Under the pieces are notes generated by a model. That model saw only the letters and a program-made list of their open reading frames with translations. It had not been told where the DNA came from and made no database searches. Below, in pieces: positions 42,517 to 50,953 of a stretch of 64,000 nucleotides of DNA. The translations under genes and the position numbers were made by a program. Within the stretch, counting starts at the first letter, position 1. Every line of letters begins with the position of its first letter. The stretch spans positions 11,284 to 75,283 of the forward strand of contig CAYRGJ010000006.1 of NCBI GenBank assembly GCA_964423835.1. The letters run 5' to 3'. The DNA is from an uncultured Dehalococcoidia bacterium (GTDB lineage Bacteria > Chloroflexota > Dehalococcoidia > UBA2247 > RBG-13-53-26).

Positions 42517-44054
42517 GCCCGCCGGCCAGCCTGATCCTGTGCCATGCCAACGTGATCACCCTTGACCGGGCCCGGCCGGCCGCCGGCGCCGTGGCCGTCA
42601 GCGGCTCCCGCATTGCGGCGGTGGGCGCCGACACTGACATCCTGCCCCTGCGGGGGGCCGCAACGGAGGTCATCGACTGCGAGGGGCAAACGGTGGTCCC
42701 GGGCTTCCATGATGCCCACTGCCACCCCATCGCCCTGGCCGCCGCCTACCTGGCCGTGGATTGCGGGCCGGCTTCGGTCCGCAGCATCGCCGAAATAAGG
42801 GAGGCCATCGGGCGGCGGGCAAGCCGGACGCCGCCGGGCCGCTGGATCCGGGCCACCGGCTACAACGAGTTCTACCTGGCGGAGAAGCGACATCCGACCA
42901 GCCGGGACCTGGATGCCGTCTCGCCGCAGCACCCGGTGAAGCTGGTGCATCGTTCCGGCCACGCCTGCGTTCTGAACAGCCGGGCCATGGAGCTCCTGGG
43001 CATATCCGCGGAGACGGAGGAGCCTGAGGGCGGGATGATGGAGAGGGACCTTGACACCGGCCAGCCCAACGGCCTCCTCTTTGAGATGAACACCATCATC
43101 GATCAGGCGGTCCCTCCGCTGACGGATGACGAGCTGGAGACCGGGATCGGCCTGGCCAACCGGGACCTGCTGGCCGCCGGCATCACCTCCCTCCAGGATG
43201 CCAGCTGGAACAACAGCCAGGGCCGCTGGCGGCTCCTGCGCCGCCTGAAGGAGCAGGGGAAGCTCATCCCCCGGGTCTCCATGATGACTGGAGAGGACGC
43301 GCTGGCGGAGCGGGAGGCCTTCGCCCGGGAAGCCCTGGCCGGCCAGCTCGTCCCGGGCCCGGTCAAGATAGTCCTGCAGACAGCCACCGGGTCGCTCAGC
43401 CCGCCGCAGGAGGATCTGGACCGGCTGGTGCTCGAGCTGCACGCCCGGGGCCGGCAGGCGGCATTCCACGCGGATGAGGCTGCCACCCTGGAGGCGGCGC
43501 TGACCGCCCTGGAGCGCGCTCTGTCGCGGGCCCCCCGCGGGGACCACCGCCACCGGATCGAGCACTGCTCCGTCTGCCCGCCGCCATTGATGGAGCGGCT
43601 GCGCCGCACGGGGGCCATGGTGGTTACCCAGCCGCCCTTCATTTATTACAGCGGCGAGAGATACCTGGCTACCGTGGCGGCCGCCGATCTGCCGTGGCTC
43701 TATGCCATGGGCTCGTTGCGCCGCCGGGGAATCCGGGTGGCCGCCAGCTCGGATGCGCCCGTGGTGCCGTTCCAGCCACTGGTGGGCATGGGGGCGGCCG
43801 TCACCCGAAGGGCGGCTTCGGGGCAGGAGCTCCTGCCCCACGAGGGTATCACGCCGCTGGAGGCGCTGCAGGCGTACACTCTGGATGCGGCCTACGCCGG
43901 CTTCGAGGACCGGGACAAGGGCCTCATCGCCCCGGGAAAGCTGGCGGACCTGGCAATCCTGGGCGATGACCCGGCCGCGGTGCCGCCGGAGCAGATCAAG
44001 GACATACCGGTGACGGCCACCATCCTGGGTGGCCAGGTGGTCTGGAGGAGGTGA
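42513..44054 (+). CDS. Amidohydrolase-family metal-dependent hydrolase (YtcJ-like)
   Basis: In-frame TTG 42513 overlaps the mnmG stop (TTGA). VVPGFHDAHCHP metal-binding motif. The start is uncertain. Confidence 0.75.
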   Translation: MSPPASLILCHANVITLDRARPAAGAVAVSGSRIAAVGADTDILPLRGAATEVIDCEGQTVVPGFHDAHCHPIALAAAYLAVDCGPASVRSIAEIREAIGRRASRTPPGRWIRATGYNEFYLAEKRHPTSRDLDAVSPQHPVKLVHRSGHACVLNSRAMELLGISAETEEPEGGMMERDLDTGQPNGLLFEMNTIIDQAVPPLTDDELETGIGLANRDLLAAGITSLQDASWNNSQGRWRLLRRLKEQGKLIPRVSMMTGEDALAEREAFAREALAGQLVPGPVKIVLQTATGSLSPPQEDLDRLVLELHARGRQAAFHADEAATLEAALTALERALSRAPRGDHRHRIEHCSVCPPPLMERLRRTGAMVVTQPPFIYYSGERYLATVAAADLPWLYAMGSLRRRGIRVAASSDAPVVPFQPLVGMGAAVTRRAASGQELLPHEGITPLEALQAYTLDAAYAGFEDRDKGLIAPGKLADLAILGDDPAAVPPEQIKDIPVTATILGGQVVWRR

Positions 44055-45385
44055 GCCAGCTGGACTATGCCGCCGCCCTGGACTACATCCTGGGATTCGC
44101 CGACTTCGAGAGGGCCTCCCGCACGGCCACGATCTTCGACACCTCCCGCATCGAGGCCCTTCTGGACCGCCTGGGCCAGCCCCACCATGCCGCGGCATCG
44201 GTCCACATAGCCGGCACCAAGGGCAAGGGCAGCACGGCGGCCATGATCGCCTCCATACTCACGGCCTCGGGCCGGCGCACCGGGCTCTACACCTCGCCCC
44301 ACCTCCACAGCTTCACCGAGAGGATCCGCATCGACGGGCGGCCCATCAGCGAGGCCGATTTCGCCGCGCTGGTTCGCAGGCTCCGGCCGGCCATCGAGGC
44401 CTTCCACCGCGCCGGCGGCCACGGGGAGCTGACCACTTTCGAGATACTGACGGCCCTGGCCTTCGTCCACTTCCGGGAAACGGAGGCTGTCTACCAGGTG
44501 CTGGAAACCGGCCTGGGCGGCCGCCTGGATGCCACCAACGTGGTTCAGCCCCGGGTCTGCGGCATCACCTCCATCAGCCTGGACCACACCGAGGTCCTGG
44601 GCCACAGCCTGGCCTTGATAGCCGCCGAGAAGGCGGGCATCATCACGGCCGGCAGCACTGTGATCTCGGCCCCGCAGGCCCCGGAGGTACGCCATGTTAT
44701 GTCAAGTATATGCGCTGAGCGGGGGGCCCGTCTGCTGGAGGTGGGCCGGGACATCACCTGGACCCTGACCCGCCGCGGCCAATCCGGCCAGTGGTTCCGC
44801 GTGGAGGGGCGGCGGGATCGGTACGATCTCACCCTGCCCCTCCTGGGCGAGCATCAGCTGGACAACGCCGCCGTGGCTGTGGGCATGGCGGAGGAGCTGG
44901 CCGCCGCTGATGATGCCATTGGGGCGGCCAGCATCGCCGCCGGTCTCTCCCGTGTTTCATGGCCGGGCCGGCTGCAGGTCCTGCGCCGGCATCCGCTGCT
45001 GGTGGTGGACGGGGCCCACAATGCCGATTCGGCGGAGAAGCTGGCCAGGGCGCTGCCGCAGTATTTCACCTTCCGCGATGTCATCCTGGTGGTGGGCACC
45101 TCCAGGGACAAGGACATCGGCGGAATCGTACGGGGGCTGCGGTCTCTTCCGGCCCGGGTGATTGCCACCCGGGCCCGGAACCCGCGGGCCGCCGGCGCAT
45201 CCGCGGTGGCGCGGGAGTTCTCCAGGGGTGGCCTGAGCGTCACGGAGACGGAGAGCGTGGAGTCGGCCCTGGCGCTGGCCCTGGGCGAGGCTGGGCCGGA
45301 GGACCTGGTCTGTGTCACCGGCTCATTGTTCGTGGTGGCAGAGGCTATCGGGTGGTACGAGGCAACGCCTGGCATGCAGGGCTGA
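44051..45385 (+). CDS. folC: Folylpolyglutamate synthase / dihydrofolate synthase
   Basis: GTG 44051 overlaps the upstream stop (GTGA). P-loop HIAGTKGKGST. Mur-ligase-like domains. Confidence 0.9.
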   Translation: MSQLDYAAALDYILGFADFERASRTATIFDTSRIEALLDRLGQPHHAAASVHIAGTKGKGSTAAMIASILTASGRRTGLYTSPHLHSFTERIRIDGRPISEADFAALVRRLRPAIEAFHRAGGHGELTTFEILTALAFVHFRETEAVYQVLETGLGGRLDATNVVQPRVCGITSISLDHTEVLGHSLALIAAEKAGIITAGSTVISAPQAPEVRHVMSSICAERGARLLEVGRDITWTLTRRGQSGQWFRVEGRRDRYDLTLPLLGEHQLDNAAVAVGMAEELAAADDAIGAASIAAGLSRVSWPGRLQVLRRHPLLVVDGAHNADSAEKLARALPQYFTFRDVILVVGTSRDKDIGGIVRGLRSLPARVIATRARNPRAAGASAVAREFSRGGLSVTETESVESALALALGEAGPEDLVCVTGSLFVVAEAIGWYEATPGMQG

Positions 45386-45416
45386 CCGGGACGGTCAGCC
45401 ACAGTTCTGGCGGCAG

Positions 45417-45671
45417 CTACGCGGGCTGCGGTGAGAGGGCCTCTTCCGGCAGCATCTCACCAAGCATTCTCTGCAGGGCCATGGTGTGGCTGCAGATACC
45501 CTCAGAGGCGAAGTGATGGCAGGAGCAGGTCCAACGGCCCTGCCCGTAGGTGAGGATGTAGTCGTCGTTGTCCCCCCGAAAGCTGACTGTCAGCTCGGCG
45601 AACTTGACCCTGCCCTTTTCCTCCGCGTAGCGCTTGGCTTTCTCGATCTTGCCGATCAGGCTGGACTGCAT
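45417..45671 (-). CDS. SWIM zinc-finger protein (small)
   Basis: 84 aa; CxC-x9-CxH pattern, CSCHHFASEGICSH. Confidence 0.6.
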   Translation of the reverse strand: MQSSLIGKIEKAKRYAEEKGRVKFAELTVSFRGDNDDYILTYGQGRWTCSCHHFASEGICSHTMALQRMLGEMLPEEALSPQPA

Positions 45672-45762
45672 CGCGCTCCTTCGTCAAGGCTCTCTAGATT
45701 CTAGCCCCCGGGGAAGGGAAGGTCAACCCGGAAATGCCCGGCCGGACCGGGTCGCGGCCTCT

Positions 45763-45790
45763 CCGGCAGCCTCCCTCCGGAGGCTGCCGG
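45763..45790 (-). terminator. 12-bp perfect-stem hairpin downstream of the platform-protein gene, followed by a second 6-bp hairpin (45791..45809)
   Basis: CCGGCAGCCTCC-ctcc-GGAGGCTGCCGG, then TCCGCT-gacgaaa-AGCGGA. No clear U-tract. Confidence 0.45.
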
Positions 45791-45821
45791 TCCGCTGACG
45801 AAAAGCGGATGGCGGCTGGCG

Positions 45822-47027
45822 CTACAGGCTGCCCATCATGCCGTACATGGTCTGCATCATGGCCATGGCCAGGAATCCCACGAATCCGCCGATCAGGATG
45901 CCGCTGATAGGCGTTATCAGGCCGGTCATGGCCGATGTCTTGTCATCGGCCTCCATGCCATAGCTTGCAGCGACGGTATCCATGGTGCTGTCCAGGTTCC
46001 CGGTGTTCTCGCCTACCGATGCCATCTGCACCATCAGGGCCGGGAATACCGGCTTGCGCGACATGGGCTTGGCCAGGCCCTGCCCCTGCAGCATCTCCTG
46101 CCTGACGTCGGTCAGCGACTTGGCAATGACCCTGTTCTCGCAGGACTGCGAAGCCAGGGTCATGATCTCCGGCAGGGGCACGCCGGCCCGGAACAGGGTG
46201 GCGATGGTGGCCGCTACCCGGGCCAGCTCGCTCAGCACTATTACCTGGCCCACCAGAGGCAGGCGCAGCATGAACGCATCCCGCTGGTACTTGCCCTGCT
46301 CAGACCGCGTGAAGGCGAAGACCGCGACCACGGCCAGCACGATGGCGCCCAGCAGGAAGATGCCGTAGGACTTCAGGAAGTCGGCGAAGTCCATCAGTAT
46401 GCGGGCGGTCACCGGGATGTCGGCGCCCATGGACGCATACATCTTCTCGAAGGACGGCACGATGAAGAACACCATGGCCAGCACCACGATGACGCCCAGG
46501 ACCATGGTCATGGCCGGGTACATCAGGGCGCTCTTCACCTTCTTGGCCGCGTTCGCGTTCTTCTCTATGTGCTCCGCCATCTGGCGCAGTGCCTTCTCCA
46601 GGTTGCCCGTTTCCTCCGCCACGGCGATGGTCCGGCAGTACAGGCTGCTGAACGCCACAGGGTGCTTGGCGAAGGCCTGTGATGGCTTCAGGCCATTGCG
46701 GATGTCCGAGGTGATCTCCCCCACGACCCGTTTCAGGTTCCGGTCCCCGATCTGGCTCTCCAGGAGGTCCAGTGAGGCCGCGATGTCGAAGCCGGACTCT
46801 ATCATGAGGGCCAGCTGCCTGGAGAACATCACGATCTCCTTGTTCTTGATCTTGTAGGTGGTCCCCCTGATCTTGTTCATGTCCAGCAGGGGCTTCGACT
46901 CCTTCAAGCTGACCGTCTTCAGGCCGGTGAAGTTCAGCATCTCCTGAGCCACCGCTTCGTTGGGGGCATCGACCTTGCCGTTCACCAACTGCTTGCTCTG
47001 GTTGTATGCCACGTACTTGTACTGCAT
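45822..47027 (-). CDS. Type II secretion system F family / type IV pilus platform protein (PilC-like)
   Basis: ATG 47027 after GGGAGG. About 400 aa with two T2SF-like repeats and three hydrophobic segments. Confidence 0.85.
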   Translation of the reverse strand: MQYKYVAYNQSKQLVNGKVDAPNEAVAQEMLNFTGLKTVSLKESKPLLDMNKIRGTTYKIKNKEIVMFSRQLALMIESGFDIAASLDLLESQIGDRNLKRVVGEITSDIRNGLKPSQAFAKHPVAFSSLYCRTIAVAEETGNLEKALRQMAEHIEKNANAAKKVKSALMYPAMTMVLGVIVVLAMVFFIVPSFEKMYASMGADIPVTARILMDFADFLKSYGIFLLGAIVLAVVAVFAFTRSEQGKYQRDAFMLRLPLVGQVIVLSELARVAATIATLFRAGVPLPEIMTLASQSCENRVIAKSLTDVRQEMLQGQGLAKPMSRKPVFPALMVQMASVGENTGNLDSTMDTVAASYGMEADDKTSAMTGLITPISGILIGGFVGFLAMAMMQTMYGMMGSL

Positions 47028-47135
47028 CTCTACCTCCCTACTTGCGGTCCTCCCATTGGACCGCCAGCCAATTGACCCCCAGGGAGAATAATGCCCGGGC
47101 AGCAACCGCCGTTGGCGGGCCTGGCCAGGGGCCCG

Positions 47136-50100
47136 CTAATCGATGGAGTAGGCATTGCGCATCACCTCCGACACGGTTGTCTTCCCGGCCTTGACTTTCT
47201 GCATGCCGTCCTTGAAGAGGGTGACCATGCCCTCCTTGACAGCCTGGTTCCTCAATTCCGTCGTTGTCGCTCCTTTCAGCACCATGGCCCTGGTGGTGTC
47301 GGTCATCGCCAGTACTTCGTAGATGCCCAGCCGGCCCTTGTAGCCGGAGAAGTTGCAGAGGTCGCATCCGGTCCCGGATACGAAGCTCTCCAGCTTCTCC
47401 CCCATGACGCTTTCGTAGGCGGCTGCCTCTACCTCGGTGGGCTTGGTCTCCACGGCGCAGTTGGCGCATACCCGCCGTGCCATCCGCTGGGCCAGTGTTC
47501 CGGTGATGACCGAAGCCACCATGAAGGCCTCGACGCCCAGGTCGAGCAAACGGTAGACGACGCTCACCGCGTCGTTGGCATGGATGGAGCAGAGCACGGT
47601 GTGGCCCGTGAGGGCCGCTTTAACCGCGATCGAAGCCGTCTCCGCATCACGGATCTCGCCCACCAGAATGACGTCCGGGTCGAGACGCATCATGGAGCGC
47701 AGCACACTGGCGAAGGTGAGGCCGGCCTTCGGGTTCACCTGGATCTGCTTGATGCCCTCGAAGCGGTACTCCACCGGGTCCTCGGCGGTGATGATATTGC
47801 GCGTCACCTTGTCCATGGTGTTCAGGGAGGCGTACAGGGTGGTGGTCTTGCCGGCTCCGGTGGGCCCGCTGACGCAGATCATTCCGAAGGGGACGGCCAG
47901 CATCTTCATGTACTTGGCCAGGCAGTCTTCCGTGAAGCCGAGCTGGGGCAGCTCCATCACGGCCATCGACTTGTCCAGGATCCTCATGACCACCGTCTCG
48001 CCGTGAACGGTGGGGCTGGTGGCCACGCGGACATCCACTCCCTTCCCTTTCACGTCCAGCGAGAACTGGCCGTCCTGGGGACGGAGGTGGTCCGCGATGT
48101 TCAAGTCCGACATGACCTTCACTCGAGAGGTCAAAGGAGGGTGGATCTTGATGGGCAGAGACATGACCTCCTGCAGCACGCCGTCTATGCGGTAGCGAAC
48201 CCGCAGCCGCTTCTCCTCGGGCTCTATGTGGATGTCGGAGGCCCGCGCCTTGACCGCCTCCTCCACGATCAGGTTCAGGGCGGCCGCCACCGGGGCGTTG
48301 GCGGTGGAGGCCACCAGGTCCACCCCCTGGGCCGCGTCGGCTGCAGTCTCTATTCGAGAGATCTGATCGGCGATCTGGCCGAAGCCCTTGTAGTTGAAGT
48401 CGATGGCATCCAGGATTTCCTTCTGGTCAGCGGCCACGGCTTTGATCCGCATCTTGCTCTGCATCTCCAGGACCTGGATGGTGGCCAGGTCGCTGGAGTT
48501 CACCATGGCTACCTCGAGTATGCCCTCGTTCACGCTGATGGGCAGCACCGTGAACCTTCTGGCCGTGGATTCCGGGATGGCCTGCAGCGCCTCGGGGCGA
48601 GCCGCCTTGGAGAGCTTCACCTTCGGCTTCTCCACCACCTCTTCCACCACCGGCTTCGCCGGCTCGGCGGGCTTGTCCGGAAGCTTGGCCTTGGCTGCCA
48701 GCCCCTGCCGCTTGTCGATGCCGGTCTTATCCAGCGTGGGCTTCAGGTACTGGGCATTCGCCGCCCCGTTCGGCGGCCCGCCGACCACGCCCTGTTTGGA
48801 GTCCCGGTCCGCGGCCGGCAGTTTTGGCGGGACCGGCTGCCGGGCCGCCGAAGGCAGCACATTCCCCTGCCCGGCTTTCCCCGGGATGGCCGGCCTGGCC
48901 TTCTGCGGCTCCTCAGCCGGCGCGTTGCCGGAGGCCCTGTCATCCGCCGGCTTTGCCTCGGCCGCCTTCGGCGCCTCTGTCCTGGCGGCCTCCGCCTTTG
49001 CGGCCTCTGTCCTGGCGGCCTGCGCCGGCCCTGCGGCCGGCTTGCCGTTGGCGGGCCTGCTATCGGCGCCCATGGGCCCCTTGCCGTTGGCCGGCTTGCC
49101 GTTGGCGGGCCTGCTATCGGCGCCCGCGGCCGCTTTGCCGTCCTCGACTGCCTTCGTCTGCGGCGTGCCCGGCTTATCGGCTGCCGGCACGGTCCCGGAG
49201 TCCGGCGGTTTGGTCTGAGGCACAATGACCGGCTTGGCCATGAACGGGCCAGGCCTGGCAGCAGTGGCCTGGGCTTCGGCGCCGGCCGGCTTTCCGGCGG
49301 CCTCGGCCTGGGCCGTCTCACCCGAGGGCCTGGCTTCGGTGGCCTCGTTACCGGGGGCGGCCGCCTTGCTGTCGGGCAGTCTGGCGCCACCGTTCGCCTT
49401 GTCCGGCGCCGCCGGCGTTGCGGATGCCTGGCCGGCAGCAGCCTCCGTGGCCGCGGCGGCCGCGGTCCTGGCGCCAACCGGAGCCGGGGTCTTGTCCGGC
49501 GGCTTCGGCCTCACCTGCGGACTCAGGAATTGGTCTATCACGCTGCGCATCGAGAACTGCTTCGCCCGGGAGGGCGGCTCCAGGGGGGCAAACACGTTAC
49601 CCCCGGGTGGGGTGGCGGTACTGGGTGCGGTGGCGGTACCGGGCGGGGTGGCCGGCCCTGCCTTGCCGGCGGGCGGGCTCGCCCCCCCTTCCGGCGCGGC
49701 CGGCTTGATCTCGGAAACCACGATGGTCTTCTTGCGGTCACCGGGCTTGTCCGGCGTTTCCGGTGGCGGCACGGGTGGTGGTGCGGCCGCCCGGGGCGGT
49801 TTCGGGGCGTCCTCCAAGCCCGGCCTCTGGGAAGGAGAGGGGAGAGGCTCCAGGCCCTCCGGCACGACCTCCCGGGGCCGTCCATCGAGGCCGATCACCT
49901 CGATCCTCTTCTCCTGCGCCAGCTTCCTGGCTTCGTCCGTCAACCCTTTCGGGACCAGGAGCATCTTTTCGGTGATGCCGGCGTCCCGGCACTTGTCTTC
50001 AAACAGGCTGACCTCCGTATGGTCCACGGCGTCGCTGTAGAGGTAGTCTATGCCCAGCCTGGAAAGCACAAATCCGTCATCCCAGATGGCTATGGCGCCG

Positions 50101-50624
50101 AAGACATGCTCCGTGCCGGAGGCGCCAATCACCCTGACTGTCTCGTCGACCCGATAGCCCAGCACCTTGAGCGACTGGTGCACCTCGCCCTTCTGCATGA
50201 AGGTCTTGGGGATGCTCTCTGCAGAGGCGCGCGCAGATGGAGCGCGGCTGAGGAACATCTGGATGGCCTGCTCATCGAAGACCTCGACCCCGTCCTTCTG
50301 GGCAAACTGGCTGGCCACGAAGCTCAGGCGGGGAATGGCGATGACCACCGAACGGCTGATGCCGCATTCGGTGCACTTGTCCTGGAAGGCGAACAGCCGG
50401 TGCAGGCTGGTCTCCGGGTCTTCGGCGTCGTTGATGACCTCGATGGCTGCCAGCAGGTTGGTGAACCCGTCACGCCGCAGCACCAGGTAGTCGAATGTGT
50501 GATCGACGCCGGAGCGGCCGCGCCTGGCCGCGTTGGGCCGCACTTCGTATCCCTGCGATTTCAGGCGCTCGACCAGCTTAATAACGGTCTGATCCGACTG
50601 TTTCTGGGCCAACAAATCCGCCAC
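47136..50624 (-). CDS. PilB/GspE-family secretion ATPase with a ~650-aa N-terminal extension
   Basis: The C-terminal ~500 aa hold a T2SSE_N-like segment, Walker A GPTGAGKTTT and a tetracysteine CANC...CDLC. The N-terminus holds two duplicated alpha/beta modules plus ~400 aa of Pro/Ala-rich low complexity. The start (GTG 50624 or a nearby TTG) is uncertain. Confidence 0.8.
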   Translation of the reverse strand: MADLLAQKQSDQTVIKLVERLKSQGYEVRPNAARRGRSGVDHTFDYLVLRRDGFTNLLAAIEVINDAEDPETSLHRLFAFQDKCTECGISRSVVIAIPRLSFVASQFAQKDGVEVFDEQAIQMFLSRAPSARASAESIPKTFMQKGEVHQSLKVLGYRVDETVRVIGASGTEHVFGAIAIWDDGFVLSRLGIDYLYSDAVDHTEVSLFEDKCRDAGITEKMLLVPKGLTDEARKLAQEKRIEVIGLDGRPREVVPEGLEPLPSPSQRPGLEDAPKPPRAAAPPPVPPPETPDKPGDRKKTIVVSEIKPAAPEGGASPPAGKAGPATPPGTATAPSTATPPGGNVFAPLEPPSRAKQFSMRSVIDQFLSPQVRPKPPDKTPAPVGARTAAAAATEAAAGQASATPAAPDKANGGARLPDSKAAAPGNEATEARPSGETAQAEAAGKPAGAEAQATAARPGPFMAKPVIVPQTKPPDSGTVPAADKPGTPQTKAVEDGKAAAGADSRPANGKPANGKGPMGADSRPANGKPAAGPAQAARTEAAKAEAARTEAPKAAEAKPADDRASGNAPAEEPQKARPAIPGKAGQGNVLPSAARQPVPPKLPAADRDSKQGVVGGPPNGAANAQYLKPTLDKTGIDKRQGLAAKAKLPDKPAEPAKPVVEEVVEKPKVKLSKAARPEALQAIPESTARRFTVLPISVNEGILEVAMVNSSDLATIQVLEMQSKMRIKAVAADQKEILDAIDFNYKGFGQIADQISRIETAADAAQGVDLVASTANAPVAAALNLIVEEAVKARASDIHIEPEEKRLRVRYRIDGVLQEVMSLPIKIHPPLTSRVKVMSDLNIADHLRPQDGQFSLDVKGKGVDVRVATSPTVHGETVVMRILDKSMAVMELPQLGFTEDCLAKYMKMLAVPFGMICVSGPTGAGKTTTLYASLNTMDKVTRNIITAEDPVEYRFEGIKQIQVNPKAGLTFASVLRSMMRLDPDVILVGEIRDAETASIAVKAALTGHTVLCSIHANDAVSVVYRLLDLGVEAFMVASVITGTLAQRMARRVCANCAVETKPTEVEAAAYESVMGEKLESFVSGTGCDLCNFSGYKGRLGIYEVLAMTDTTRAMVLKGATTTELRNQAVKEGMVTLFKDGMQKVKAGKTTVSEVMRNAYSID

Positions 50625-50658
50625 TCCTGGAGACTAGTGAGCGTGCCACCCCGCAGCT

Positions 50659-50687
50659 ATCCTATGTCCCGCTATACTGAGTGTCAA
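50659..50687 (-). promoter_or_regulatory. Sigma70-like promoter TTGACA-17nt-TAGGAT for the PilB-like gene
   Basis: Read on the minus strand as TTGACActcagtatagcgggacaTAGGAT, about 35 nt upstream of the start. Confidence 0.5.
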
Positions 50688-50815
50688 TAACAAAATTCCC
50701 TCACTCAAAGCTGGCGCGCCGTGTTGTGAGGAAATTGAGAACAAACCTGAGCGGGCTGTGATGGGTACGCTATGGGCTGCCGCCCCCGGCGGGCCCCGTT
50801 TCCCCGTCCCGGCGG

Positions 50816-50845
50816 TTGAGTTGCACGCAAGCTGGGGACTATAAT
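50816..50845 (+). promoter_or_regulatory. Sigma70-like promoter TTGAGT-18nt-TATAAT for the radical SAM gene
   Basis: TTGAGTtgcacgcaagctggggacTATAAT, about 108 nt upstream of GTG 50954. Confidence 0.45.
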
Positions 50846-50953
50846 CATCTGGTTGGTCCGCGTTGGGACGGGCGCCGGAGCAGATTGGCTCCTGGTACTT
50901 TGTAGCTTATACGATAATAATCCCAGAGACTGGCCCTCCGGGGTGGAGCAGAG

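Noticed and set aside
47091-50690. 1199-aa plus-strand ORF spanning the whole PilB-like gene
   Set aside because: It is antisense to a gene with clear ATPase motifs. Its translation is Arg/Gly/Pro/Leu-rich with no recognisable motifs. This is a typical shadow ORF of GC-rich DNA.
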